DNA from: Gemmatimonadota bacterium
Lineage (GTDB): Bacteria > Gemmatimonadota > Gemmatimonadetes > Gemmatimonadales > Gemmatimonadaceae
Length of the DNA: 62,970 nucleotides
Direction: 5' to 3'
Assembly: GCA_023249395.1 (NCBI GenBank)
Contig: JAHFCS010000001.1
Span: 1 to 62,970 of the forward strand
Below are positions 30,822 to 40,644 of the stretch, piece after piece. The position numbers and the translations under genes were made by a program. Position 1 is the first letter of the stretch. Each line of letters begins with the position of its first letter. Below the pieces are notes generated by a model, which worked only from the letters and a program-made list of their open reading frames with translations, searched no databases and was not told the origin of the DNA.

Positions 30822-30993
30822 TGCCTCGAAGGTTTCTGGGAGATTACTAATATGTCCGGGTGCACCACGGCTGCCATTCGCCAGTGTATCACGCTACTTC
30901 CAAACCGATTGTCATTGTTCCATCGTACAACAGAGTGCCAGGAAGTACCCCCCAATGAAGACTACGGACTCACTCAACGAGGCGATTCAAAAA

Positions 30994-31389
30994 ATGGCGG
31001 ACAAGATTCACAAGACCGATGAGGAGTGGCGGCAGCAGCTGTCTCCCGATCAATACCGCGTAACCCGTAAGAAGGGCACCGAGCCGCCCTTTACCGGCAA
31101 GTACAATTCTTCCGGCGGGCCGGGTATCTACCGCTGTGTCTGCTGTGGGAACACGCTCTTCGACTCGGACGCCAAGTTCGATTCAGGAACGGGCTGGCCG
31201 AGCTTCTTTGAACCGGCATCTCCCGACAGCGTCAGCACCGAAAGCGATAAGACACTGTTCATGACCCGAACTGAAGTACTCTGCAGCAAGTGTGACGCGC
31301 ACTTGGGCCATGTCTTCGACGACGGGCCTGCTCCGACAGGTCTCCGTTACTGCATCAACTCGGCGGCACTCGATAAGACGGAGAAATAG
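30994..31389 (+). CDS. msrB: Peptide-methionine (R)-S-oxide reductase
   Basis: GTEPPF, CxxC, GTGWPSF, Cxx[17 protein letters not shown]. Confidence 0.95.
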   Translation: MADKIHKTDEEWRQQLSPDQYRVTRKKGTEPPFTGKYNSSGGPGIYRCVCCGNTLFDSDAKFDSGTGWPSFFEPASPDSVSTESDKTLFMTRTEVLCSKCDAHLGHVFDDGPAPTGLRYCINSAALDKTEK

Positions 31390-31463
31390 CTCGGCGTCTG
31401 GGGGCGCTTGACGGCATGCCAGCGGTCAAGAGATTATCGCACTTCCAGATAATCTTAGCCCGC

Positions 31464-32444
31464 TCATTTTTTCAGCACTTCCGGCGCACTGGCTGTTTTC
31501 GACGCCCCCCTGGCGCCGGGTGGCCCTGACGGTCCAGGGCTTGGCACACTCACGAGCAGTGACGTCACGGCAAGGACAACCGCCGCGAAGCTCAGCTCCG
31601 CCGTTGCTGACCGTCTGATAGCAATGGCTGCTTCTTCGCCGCCAAGACGAGGCTTCATCCGACGCCAGTTCCAGGCGCCGAGCGATACGACGATCAACAC
31701 TACACACAGCTTTACGTCGAGTGCGTAACCATAGGGCGTCGTCCAGAGAGAGTCTAGATGCTTCAGGTGACGCCACGCTGTTGTCACTCCCGTGATGCCA
31801 AGAAGCGCGGCCGCGCTCAAGGCGAGCGGCGAGAAACGCGATACCATCTCGGCGACGAGGCGGCCGCGCTCGTTGCGCGATGTCGTCCCCCGCCGTACGG
31901 ACGTAAGACCCGCAAATACCAGGACCGTCAGTGTCCCCAGCCAGAGCGAAGCTGCGACTTCATGCAATGGATTCACGAGCGAAAACCATCTGCCCGTGAC
32001 AATGTTTCGCAGTGCGAATGCGGCGGCGGTGACGCACGCTGCCAGCCACGCTGCCTGCATGCGCTGCGCGGCAAGCGCGAAACTGATGACGAAGATTGCG
32101 ATGCACACAATCTGGAATATCTGTCTCTCGCCGCCGGCGCTCACTACATCCATCATTGAGATGCCTTTCGCGCTGGCACGTTCTGACAATCCTGCGACGA
32201 GAGTGAGAACCATTAGCAGTGAGCCCACAAATCCAATCGTCCCGGCGCGACGGTCGACACGATCGACCGCACTACCGGCGACACGGATACCACTTTCTCT
32301 TCGGAGCGTCTTCAACACCTGGAAATGGAAGCCGAGAGCGCCATAGACGGCGAAATACGACAGAAATCCGACATATTCGAGCGCCATCTTTCCGAGAGTG
32401 ACATGCGCTTCGGCTTCCTGCAACAGAAGTGCGTATTGGATCAT
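31464..32444 (-). CDS. CopD family membrane protein
   Basis: About 8 TM helices, LHEVAASLWLG, RFSPLA, LWTTPYG...K. Confidence 0.78.
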   Translation of the reverse strand: MIQYALLLQEAEAHVTLGKMALEYVGFLSYFAVYGALGFHFQVLKTLRRESGIRVAGSAVDRVDRRAGTIGFVGSLLMVLTLVAGLSERASAKGISMMDVVSAGGERQIFQIVCIAIFVISFALAAQRMQAAWLAACVTAAAFALRNIVTGRWFSLVNPLHEVAASLWLGTLTVLVFAGLTSVRRGTTSRNERGRLVAEMVSRFSPLALSAAALLGITGVTTAWRHLKHLDSLWTTPYGYALDVKLCVVLIVVSLGAWNWRRMKPRLGGEEAAIAIRRSATAELSFAAVVLAVTSLLVSVPSPGPSGPPGARGASKTASAPEVLKK

Positions 32445-32555
32445 GTGATCTTGGGGGTAGATGCTCGTACTACGGCGACGCTCTCCAAACTGCTGGCAGC
32501 GCATCCACCGCTGGCAGGAAGCGGGCCCTGCTGGGTTCCTGAGTAGAGGCGAGAG

Positions 32556-32627
32556 AGGCGCCGGTCGGAATCGAACCGACGAATAGCAGATTTGCAGTCT
32601 GCCGCCTTACCACTTGGCCACGGCGCC
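32556..32627 (-). tRNA. tRNA-Cys (GCA)
   Basis: GGCGCCG acceptor stem, D-loop AAGTGGTAAG, anticodon arm GCAGA-CTGCAAA-TCTGC, T-loop GTTCGATTC, discriminator U. CCA not encoded. Confidence 0.96.
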
Positions 32628-32695
32628 GAAAGAAAATGCCTGTGCGCTGGGACGCACGGGCACTTGATTATCTTAGCCGGACCCCCGAGGTCTCG

Positions 32696-35152
32696 CTACC
32701 TCCGATACTCCAGCGCTGACATCCGCTTCGGACCCGGATACGGGCGCCCTTCGCCCTTGATCGCTCGCCAGAGGATGCGATTGAAAAGGTCCTCGTCGGC
32801 CTCATCCTCCTTCTCCAGCGCCAGCAGTCGTGATTCTCGCGCTCCGATTCCTGTTCTTGGATTCTTGTCGTCGAGCGAGACCGACGGCGTCAGGACTGCA
32901 TATGGTCTGAGATCCGGCGTGTCTCTCCAGATATCCGTGAGCGGCCGGCCGTAGTGGTCGAACTGCGACAGCCGGCCCAAGCCCAGGAGCTCCTCGATCG
33001 TCGCCAGTACATCCGTCGTATTCGCAAATGAATGAGACACTCCGCCTCTGCTATAGGGCGAGATCACGAACATCGGCGATCTGTGCGAGTCGACATGATC
33101 CGATCCGTTCTGCGCATCGTCCTCGAGGACGAAGATCACACTGCTCTTCCAGAACTGCGTCTTCGATAGCGCTTCGACTATTCTTCCCAGCGCCAGATCG
33201 TTGTCCGCCATGAACGCGAACGGAGTCGGTCTTCCTGCAACCAGACCTCCAGTATGGTCATTCGGCAGCCGTACAATCTCGAGCGCAGGCATTTTACCGG
33301 CCTTCTCGAAATCGCCCAGCTCGGCAATCCAGATGTCCGCTCTCAGCTGGTCCTTGATCGAGAGACTGAAGCCCGGGAATCTCTCGTTGGTGTGCTCGCG
33401 CAGATACGGCTTGTTAGACTGATACCCGGGTGGACGAGTGCCGTCCGGAAGAAGATCGAACGGAATGACGAATTCCCCATAGTTGCGGAACGTGATCCCT
33501 CGGCGCTGGACGAGGTTCCACAGATAGCCACTCCCCGGCTCGGCGACGTCGTCCTCGGTAATCGCTCCCCGATTGGTGCCCTCGTAGTCGTACGTCCGGC
33601 CGCGATGCGAGTAATTCGAAGGAACTGTCTTCTCGATATAATCCGTCGCATATGCCGCAGTTGACCAGTTGTGCCCGTCAGGGCTCACCTCCGCGTTTAC
33701 GAAAAACCTGTCGAATACACCGAATCGTTCGGCAAGCGCGTGATGATTGGGGGAGACAGACCTGGGGAAGAAGAGCAGCGACTTGTCCCCGTCACCAATC
33801 GGCAGATCACCGAGTACCTGATCGTACGTCCTGTTTTCCTTGATGATGTAGACGACGTGCTCGATCGGCGGATAATGCCGTGCGAGATGAGATGAGTTCC
33901 AGCCGTTGGCATTGGCAACTCGCCGCGTGTAACCGCCCAGCTCGATGGCACCAGCCTTCGCGGTCGCGACCAAGGTGAGTGTGCCCGAGAGTTGTCCGAG
34001 TGTATAGCCCCGGGGATTCTTGTCCTGAAGCTGGTTCGGCTGCGGACCGGTTGGGTTGGGGGCTGTTCCATTTCCCTTTCCATTTACAACGAACAGCGAA
34101 TCACCCGCTGTTACGAGTGCCGACGGATACCATCCCGTCGGAATTCTGCCCGCAAGCCTGTCTTCGGTGCGTTCCGTTACTTCGCTCACACCGGCTGTTG
34201 AGGCAGACAGATCGAATACGGCAACCGCATTGTTATCGGCTTCGGCGACGAGGAGCCTTCGTCCGTCTGCAGAGAGCGCGAGACCGTTGGGAGTGCTTCC
34301 TTCGTGTGGCCCGGCTGGCGGTGGATCGTCGAGTGTCGCGATGATGCGACTCGCTCGTGTATCGATAACAGCGATCTGGTCCGTGCTGCCCGAAGCGACG
34401 AACAATCTGCTTCCGTCGCGCGAGAGCGCCATCGCGGATGGATGCCGTCCCGCAGTCAGCCTGCCGCTATCCTGCAGCCGACCTGCAGCATTCGGGCGAA
34501 ACACAGAGACCGTCGAGCCACCCCAGGCGGAGACATAGACCGAGCCGTCCTTCGCGACCACGACCCCGTATGGATATCGCTCAGTCGCGAATCTTTGCAT
34601 CACCTTGCCGGTCGTGAGGTCAACGACGGCTAACGAATCGGCCAGATTCTCCGCGACGTACAGCCTCTTACCATCCGGCGACAGACCGATGCCGGCAGGA
34701 TATCGCGTACCCGATGAGTCCCTCGCCTTTCTCGCCAGCGGAATGGTAGCAGCGAGCGTCGCGCTGCCATTCGTCCAGCTGTAGCGATATACCGCATCCT
34801 CATTGCCACCCGATGCGTAGAGTGAATTCCCGTCCGGACTGAACACGATTCCGAGGAATGCTGCCGGTTGCGGAATTGTCTGCAGAATCTTCCCCGTTCC
34901 CCGGTCGAGAACCTGGATTCCCTGCTCACGCCATCCGTTGAGCAGGATCACGATTCGCCTTTCATCCGGCGAGAGCGCGAGAGCCAGCGGCATTGACCCC
35001 ACCTCGACAGACCGGCCAGCCGGATCGAGCCGCGCACCGGTTGGCAGCCGCGGCTGCTCGCTGACTTCCGAAGGCTCACCTTCACGCTGGGCGGTTGGAG
35101 CGCATGCAAGAAAGGCGAGTGTTAGTCCTACAGCAATTCGGTCAGAGCGCAT
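32696..35152 (-). CDS. YncE-like beta-propeller fused to phosphoesterase/alkaline-phosphatase-superfamily domain, lipoprotein
   Basis: Propeller repeats (SPDG..LYVA), IIKENRTYDQVLGD, EVSPDGHNW, EDDAQNGSDHVDSHRS. Confidence 0.88.
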   Translation of the reverse strand: MRSDRIAVGLTLAFLACAPTAQREGEPSEVSEQPRLPTGARLDPAGRSVEVGSMPLALALSPDERRIVILLNGWREQGIQVLDRGTGKILQTIPQPAAFLGIVFSPDGNSLYASGGNEDAVYRYSWTNGSATLAATIPLARKARDSSGTRYPAGIGLSPDGKRLYVAENLADSLAVVDLTTGKVMQRFATERYPYGVVVAKDGSVYVSAWGGSTVSVFRPNAAGRLQDSGRLTAGRHPSAMALSRDGSRLFVASGSTDQIAVIDTRASRIIATLDDPPPAGPHEGSTPNGLALSADGRRLLVAEADNNAVAVFDLSASTAGVSEVTERTEDRLAGRIPTGWYPSALVTAGDSLFVVNGKGNGTAPNPTGPQPNQLQDKNPRGYTLGQLSGTLTLVATAKAGAIELGGYTRRVANANGWNSSHLARHYPPIEHVVYIIKENRTYDQVLGDLPIGDGDKSLLFFPRSVSPNHHALAERFGVFDRFFVNAEVSPDGHNWSTAAYATDYIEKTVPSNYSHRGRTYDYEGTNRGAITEDDVAEPGSGYLWNLVQRRGITFRNYGEFVIPFDLLPDGTRPPGYQSNKPYLREHTNERFPGFSLSIKDQLRADIWIAELGDFEKAGKMPALEIVRLPNDHTGGLVAGRPTPFAFMADNDLALGRIVEALSKTQFWKSSVIFVLEDDAQNGSDHVDSHRSPMFVISPYSRGGVSHSFANTTDVLATIEELLGLGRLSQFDHYGRPLTDIWRDTPDLRPYAVLTPSVSLDDKNPRTGIGARESRLLALEKEDEADEDLFNRILWRAIKGEGRPYPGPKRMSALEYRR

Positions 35153-35196
35153 TTCGACAGCTCATGTTGGAGTGTGTTTCAACGAGAAAGATGTCA

Positions 35197-35225
35197 TTGA
35201 CAGTGCCTGGCGCCAGTTCGATACT
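35197..35225 (+). promoter_or_regulatory. Sigma70-type promoter, TTGACA-17-GATACT
   Basis: Perfect -35, 17-nt spacer, GTG 6 nt downstream at 35232. Confidence 0.55.
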
Positions 35226-35231
35226 CTCGCC

Positions 35232-35638
35232 GTGAGCACCTGACGGACGCGTGTATCGCCACCGAACAACGCATTCGCGACACACTTTTCGGACGTCCTC
35301 CTGCTGCGGAGGTGCTGTTTGCGTACGACGGTGAAACTCCCATTGGCTTCTCATTGTTCTACCACAACTACTCGACTTTCCTCGGCCAGCGCGGGCTTTT
35401 TCTGGAAGATCTTTTCGTAATGCCCGAGGCACGCGGGAAGGGAGTCGGATATGCGCTCCTGTCCGCACTCGCAGAAATTGCAGTTTCGCGTGATTGCGGC
35501 CGCATGGAGTGGCAGGTACTGAAATGGAACCAGCTTGCGATCGATTTCTACATACACATAGGTGCGATGCAAGTCGAGGGCTGGGACACCTACCGTCTGA
35601 TCGGCGAGCCCTTGCGGCGGCTCGCTAGCCGGACCTGA
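35232..35638 (+). pseudogene. GNAT acetyltransferase (diamine N-acetyltransferase-like) with 5' deletion/frameshift
   Basis: YSTFLGQRGLFLEDLFV..RGKGVG..MEWQVLKWN. Homologous-looking sequence EHLTDACIATEQRIRDTLFG continues upstream without an in-frame start. Confidence 0.7.
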
Positions 35639-35694
35639 GATCTGCCGGCCGTCCTGCCTCTGACAATCACTGACTGCGACGATACAATTAGCTG

Positions 35695-35973
35695 ATGACA
35701 GTCCCCGAGTCGCCAAATGGCGAGTCTAGGCCGACATTCTTTCACCGGCGCTTCGCCCCGCTGGTTACATCGTGGATCGTCGCGCTAGTCGTCACCGGAC
35801 TGATCTACTGGTTCGAGATTTCGATGCCGGCGTTCCACGAAGTTGTCGTTCCCCTTTACTGGATCGTTGCCATACTCTCCGTATTCGCCACGTGGAGATG
35901 GGTTCGGATCAGGGGAATTAGAGACAGACGCTCTACCGAGCGCAGGCATGCCGATCGCCGCAGTCACCACTGA
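35695..35973 (+). CDS. Small two-TM membrane protein
   Basis: Two hydrophobic helices and an Arg-rich DRR/ERR tail. TACAAT 6 nt upstream. Confidence 0.6.
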   Translation: MTVPESPNGESRPTFFHRRFAPLVTSWIVALVVTGLIYWFEISMPAFHEVVVPLYWIVAILSVFATWRWVRIRGIRDRRSTERRHADRRSHH

Positions 35974-37292
35974 TCAACACGAGCGGCCTGTCGTTTGACG
36001 ATGCTGTAACCAAGCGGTCCCAGTAGCACAGTGGCGAGGGCGCCGATAATCGCCGGCCCACCGTAGTCTCCGTCCGTCATCTCCATCGCCACAACACCTA
36101 CAAGAATAAGCGCAGGGAGCAGCGCAAGCGCGGTTACGCCACCTGTGCCTAGGGGAATTCGGAAGCTGCCGCGCAGCTCTGGATCACGTTTTCTCAGCGC
36201 GATCAGTGCCGCAAATTCGAGAAACAGCGCCATCGAATAAAGAAGCACGTCGGCGACCACGAGATGAACGAACGACAGCAGTGCAAAGAACGAATAGCAC
36301 ACCGCCGATACGAGCACGGCGTTCCGTGGAGTAGACCGGCTGTCCAGCTTGGCGAGCTTCGCCGGGAGCAGGCGATCGTTTGCCATCGCGAAGGGAATCC
36401 TCGAGTAAGAGAGCAGGAGCGCGTTGAAGAGCGCCAGTGCGCTCACCATTCCCGCAGCGGCGACCAGCACCGAAAGAGGCCCGCCAAGTGAGCCCGTTGC
36501 CATCCTCGCTATCTCCGGCCATCCACCTTCACGCCATTTTGTCCAATCGGTCGCCGCCAATGCCGCCGAAACAGGCAGCAGATAGCCGAGCGTTACCAGT
36601 GGAAGTGTGATCGCGAGAGCGCGCGGATAGCTTCGCGACGAATCGCGCACTTCACCCTGCACCGTCGAGGCATTGTCCCACCCGATGTAATTCCACAATG
36701 CGATCGAGATTCCAACGCCGATGCCGCTTGTCGCAACTCCCTGTCCCCTGCCGGACAATTGCCACGGAGCATGCGCCACGTGCGGCAGCGCTCCCATCGA
36801 GACCAGCAGAAAAACCAGGAGAATGAAGCCGCCTGTCACGACAGATACCACCCCTACCCTGCCGGCACCTCTCAAGTTGATTCCAGTCGCAATCCAGATC
36901 ACGGCCAACGAGACGATCCATTGAGCTGTGACATCCATACCCGGAATGAAAAATGATAGATACTGGTTGAACAGCACCGGATAGATCGCCATATCCATCA
37001 GCGAATACATCCATGTCCACCACCCGTTTTGAAATGCCCAGAATGGACCGAACGCGTGATATACCCAGCGGTAATACCCACCCTCTTCCGGCAGCATGCT
37101 GGCGAGCTCGCCGATGATCAGTGTCTCGGGGAGCGACCATAGCAGCGGCACGAGAGTCAGAGTGACGAGCCCGATAACGGGGCCGACGCTGACAATCAGC
37201 GATTCTATGGTGAACGCCCCGCCGGATACATTGAAGAACATCACCGCTACCAGCGAAAGCGTCGTAAGCGAGCGGCGGAGCTGAATCGGCAT
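35964..37292 (-). CDS. APC family amino acid/polyamine permease
   Basis: FFNVSGGAF, ELASMLPEEGGYYRWV, WNYIGWD, about 12 TM helices. Confidence 0.9.
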   Translation of the reverse strand: MPIQLRRSLTTLSLVAVMFFNVSGGAFTIESLIVSVGPVIGLVTLTLVPLLWSLPETLIIGELASMLPEEGGYYRWVYHAFGPFWAFQNGWWTWMYSLMDMAIYPVLFNQYLSFFIPGMDVTAQWIVSLAVIWIATGINLRGAGRVGVVSVVTGGFILLVFLLVSMGALPHVAHAPWQLSGRGQGVATSGIGVGISIALWNYIGWDNASTVQGEVRDSSRSYPRALAITLPLVTLGYLLPVSAALAATDWTKWREGGWPEIARMATGSLGGPLSVLVAAAGMVSALALFNALLLSYSRIPFAMANDRLLPAKLAKLDSRSTPRNAVLVSAVCYSFFALLSFVHLVVADVLLYSMALFLEFAALIALRKRDPELRGSFRIPLGTGGVTALALLPALILVGVVAMEMTDGDYGGPAIIGALATVLLGPLGYSIVKRQAARVDQW

Positions 37293-37339
37293 GAGCGCGG
37301 AAAGTAGAGACAGGCCCGGCAAGTGCAAACTGGGCTGCC

Positions 37340-38134
37340 ATGACTAGGCGGAAAGACTCCACGGAGGCTGGCACAGGTCCCAGGCTGCGCGGCGATCCCG
37401 CCTTCAAAGCGCTGGACGCACTTTTCGACCGCGCCGGCAGTTTTCTCGGAGCGCTTGGAATCTTCCTCGTCGCTGGAGTCGTCGTCGCCGCTACCGGGAC
37501 CTGGGTCTTCTCAGAGCTGGCCGAATACGTCATGGCCGGAGGTACACAGGTCTTCGACGAAGCGGTGCTGGGATGGGTCTCGACGCACCAAACTCCCGTC
37601 ATCAACGAGGCGATGCTCGAGATCACGGCTCTCGGGACGACGACCGTCGTCATGATGATCGTCGGGGTGGCCGCCCTTTTCCTGACACTCACGCGCCACA
37701 AGTACTCAGCACTGCTGTTGCTCGTCGCAACGGGAGGAGGGTCGCTTCTGGATCTCATCCTCAAGCTCCGCTTCGACCGACCCCGTCCTCACATCTTCTC
37801 GTGGGGAACGCAGGTGTTCAGTTCGTCATTCCCCTCCGGCCATGCGATGAGCGCCGCCATCGTCTACAGCACGGTTGCATACCTCGCTACGCGGCTTCAG
37901 AGACGGCGATGGGCACGATGGTTGACGATGCTCTTTGCCGCGTTCGTAATTCTGCTGATCTGCACCAGCCGTGTTTACCTCGGCGTTCATTATCCGTCCG
38001 ATGTTGTCGCCGGGGTCGTGATCGGTTTTTCGTGGGCCGCTTTCTGCATGGCGACTCTCGAGGGCATCCAGCGATTCTCCGAGCGGCATGCTCCGGAACT
38101 CGTGAAGGACGAGATGCCCGCCCGAGTTTCGTGA
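37340..38134 (+). CDS. PAP2 family membrane phosphatase
   Basis: K......RP, SFPSGH, SRVYLGVHYPSDV. Confidence 0.92.
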   Translation: MTRRKDSTEAGTGPRLRGDPAFKALDALFDRAGSFLGALGIFLVAGVVVAATGTWVFSELAEYVMAGGTQVFDEAVLGWVSTHQTPVINEAMLEITALGTTTVVMMIVGVAALFLTLTRHKYSALLLLVATGGGSLLDLILKLRFDRPRPHIFSWGTQVFSSSFPSGHAMSAAIVYSTVAYLATRLQRRRWARWLTMLFAAFVILLICTSRVYLGVHYPSDVVAGVVIGFSWAAFCMATLEGIQRFSERHAPELVKDEMPARVS

Positions 38135-38236
38135 GCGCTTTGAGATCCGACATGTTGACCCGCACCTGGTGCTCACACGCGAGACGTCGGAGATACATAT
38201 CTCCAAGGTCATTCGGCTCCCCGACTCTGAGCAATT

Positions 38237-38770
38237 TCATGCCTGCGAATCGGCCATCTGCGTTATAGGCCCGTGAAGGAATGCGCGCAGGCGCATTTCG
38301 TCCCAGCGATCGAGCAGCCACGCCCTGATCGGAATCGAGCCATCGATTGACGCCATTGCCGCCACACCACGGCGCGCGAATCTCGAGCAGATGATTCGCA
38401 CCTTTTCGCTCTCCCGTCGATCTTTTCGCTTCGGCCTGTCACTGTCGAGTGAGAATTCGCCCGCCATCAGCAGGTAGGCAAAAGACGCCGATCCATCGGG
38501 GGCGGCGGTGGCGAGTGTATCGGGTGCGTCATTGAGAAAGGCGGAGCCAAGACTACGCGCGAGTGAATCATGCGCGTCGAGTCAAGCCGAGCATCTCTGC
38601 GTTGCCCGCAGCGATGCCTTGGCGGCCAGCACGCAAAGCAGCGTATTCTCAGGCGAAAAGAACGACGTGAACCGGAACGGCGGGACGAATGACCGCAGTC
38701 GTCCGGCTTCACTCAACAGTGAAGGCAGGATTGACGAAGATGACGCTGGCCTTCCATACCGATATGGCAC
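38237..38770 (-). pseudogene. Probable gene remnant: one frame interrupted by a single TGA at 38582-38584
   Basis: ORFs 38582..38770 and 38237..38467 share a frame and the linker is open (LDAHDSLARSLGSAFLND...FAYLLMAGEF). Confidence 0.4.
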
Positions 38771-38902
38771 CGTCTACCCGTGTGTCGGATGCGGGAAAAG
38801 GCTCGCCTCTTGCAAAAGAGGGCCGTGTTTACCCGCTTAGTGCAAGCGCCGCACCGCGTACCGATCTTGAGGCTTGTAACGACTCATCGAGGAGAATTCC
38901 CA

Positions 38903-38998
38903 GTGGCTGTAAGAAAGAAAACGTCCGGCGAGGCGAGGAAGAAGGGCGCCAAGGTCCCACGCAAGGCTACCGGCAGAAAATCGTCGAAAAGGAAGTAG
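38903..38998 (+). CDS. Small basic peptide (31 aa, 14 K/R)
   Basis: GAGGAG RBS 8 nt before GTG. MAVRKKTSGEARKKGAKVPRKATGRKSSKRK. Confidence 0.5.
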   Translation: MAVRKKTSGEARKKGAKVPRKATGRKSSKRK

Positions 38999-39009
38999 TC
39001 CTCGTCGAC

Positions 39010-39936
39010 CTACGGACTCGCTGAGCCCGAGACGAGGATCACGCCCGTTGGCGCGGGCATCCCTCCTGCTGGCTCCTCCGTCACCGCAATAGCCTTTAGC
39101 GCATTTCGGTCGAGAGCGTATTTCGCCTGCATGAATGCGTGCCCTGTTGAATCGGGGTTGAATGTGCCTGCCGAGATCTTGGCGTTATCCGTGACGAGCC
39201 AGACCTGGTACGTCATGCCCGGCTTCGGGGGACGCATCGTGTAGACGACCATCGTCCAGTCGTTCGACGAGCGGTTCCAGAACATTCGCCCCATTCGTGT
39301 CGAGCTCTTGCTCATCAGGGGAACTATCTTGACATCAGGGCCTGCCATCGCGGCGACAAGCTCCTCTTTTTCGGAACGCGCCGGCTTTACGCTGTCGGTC
39401 TTGACCGGCGTACTGGCCCGGGCCGCCAGTTCCGCTCGCATCGCGTTTCGATCGGAAGTCACCCGCAGGAGCTGCGCAGTTGCCGCGACGAAAGCCACCA
39501 CCGCAGCGAGCGCAAGCAGACCGAGTCCCGACGAGAACATCGGTCTCCGCCTCTGCGACGGGAGTGCCTTCTTAACTTCCTCCTCAACTGCGCGTTGCGA
39601 GCCTGGGGTGAGCTTGTGCCCCAGCCCGGTGAGACTGGCGACGCCGCGCGACAGATCCGGGCGCCCAGGAGCTGCGGACGATCGTGACTCCCGCTCTCCA
39701 CGTGCCCGCATCAGGAGACGCGATCTGATTCCCGCGCCATGTCCGGGATTCATGGCATGCTGAGGCGCAAGCTGTCCCAGAAGCGCGACTGTCTCCTCCA
39801 TCGCGACGAGCTCGGGCCCGCACTCCGGACACGCCGAAGCGTGCTCACGCACAGCCGTGCTCAACTTCGAGGGCACCGCATCGAGCGCGACAGCTGCCAG
39901 CTCGGAATACGCTTCTTCGTGGCTTGGACTTGTCAC
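39010..39936 (-). CDS. Anti-sigma factor (RskA-like, N-terminal ZAS motif)
   Basis: HASACPEC, TM helix, YQVW, AVTEEPAGG..PTG. Confidence 0.85.
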   Translation of the reverse strand: MTSPSHEEAYSELAAVALDAVPSKLSTAVREHASACPECGPELVAMEETVALLGQLAPQHAMNPGHGAGIRSRLLMRARGERESRSSAAPGRPDLSRGVASLTGLGHKLTPGSQRAVEEEVKKALPSQRRRPMFSSGLGLLALAAVVAFVAATAQLLRVTSDRNAMRAELAARASTPVKTDSVKPARSEKEELVAAMAGPDVKIVPLMSKSSTRMGRMFWNRSSNDWTMVVYTMRPPKPGMTYQVWLVTDNAKISAGTFNPDSTGHAFMQAKYALDRNALKAIAVTEEPAGGMPAPTGVILVSGSASP

Positions 39937-40625
39937 TCTGCGCTCTCGCGATACATCGATAGTGGTTCCCTTAACTTCTGAATTGCCAACCGCATCCTCG
40001 TCTTCACCGTCCCGAGGGGCTGCCCCGTGATCTCAGCGATTTCCGTTTGACTAAGTCCCTGGAAGTATCCGAGGTCCACCACCTCCCGCTGTTCTTCGGG
40101 CAGGCTCCGAAGCGCAGCAAGCACGTGAACTCGACGTTCAGCTCCTTCGGCTGCTTCCGCCGGGTCTGGTCCAGGTGACGTCATGTCAGCCAGAATACGC
40201 CCCTCGCGAGCCATTGGCTCTTCGCGCCGCCGGTCCTTCGCACGCAATCGATCGAGCGCGCGTCGTCGGCCAATCGTGAGGAGCCACGTTGAGACAGCCC
40301 CTCGTGACGGCTCGTACGACGCTGCCTTCCGCCACGCCTGCCAGAAGGTCTCTTCGACTACGTCCTCCGCCTCATCCCCGTCCTTGAGCAGCTGGAATAC
40401 GAGGGAATACAAGGACCGCATCCACCGATCGTAGAGCGCTCCAAGCGCCGTTTCGTCCGCGTCACACATCCTCCGGATCAACGCCACATCCTCGGCGTTC
40501 GACCGAATCTCACGGGTATACGGCGGCTCCTGCTCGGACGGATTCATCTGCCGCGAATCTACACTGCGTTGTATTACGCCGCCAAACGCAAAAGCCAGCA
40601 GCATCACGTCGCTGCCGGCTTGCAT
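39933..40625 (-). CDS. ECF RNA polymerase sigma-70 factor (SigK-like)
   Basis: AEDVVEETF..AWR, region 4 YFQGLSQTEIA...LGTVKTR. True start may be ATG 40547. Confidence 0.9.
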   Translation of the reverse strand: MQAGSDVMLLAFAFGGVIQRSVDSRQMNPSEQEPPYTREIRSNAEDVALIRRMCDADETALGALYDRWMRSLYSLVFQLLKDGDEAEDVVEETFWQAWRKAASYEPSRGAVSTWLLTIGRRRALDRLRAKDRRREEPMAREGRILADMTSPGPDPAEAAEGAERRVHVLAALRSLPEEQREVVDLGYFQGLSQTEIAEITGQPLGTVKTRMRLAIQKLREPLSMYRESAE

Positions 40626-40644
40626 CGTTAGTCGCGCAACCGGC

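Noticed and set aside
31431-31455. Possible dif site
   Set aside because: It does not match the 11-6-11 layout or the XerD arm TTATGTTAAAT
32556-32627. tRNA-Cys as integration site of an island
   Set aside because: I found no duplicated tRNA 3' end and no integrase in the window
38555-38584. Selenocysteine read-through of the in-frame TGA
   Set aside because: The short downstream hairpin is not convincingly SECIS-like and there is no redox-motif context. Decay is the simpler explanation
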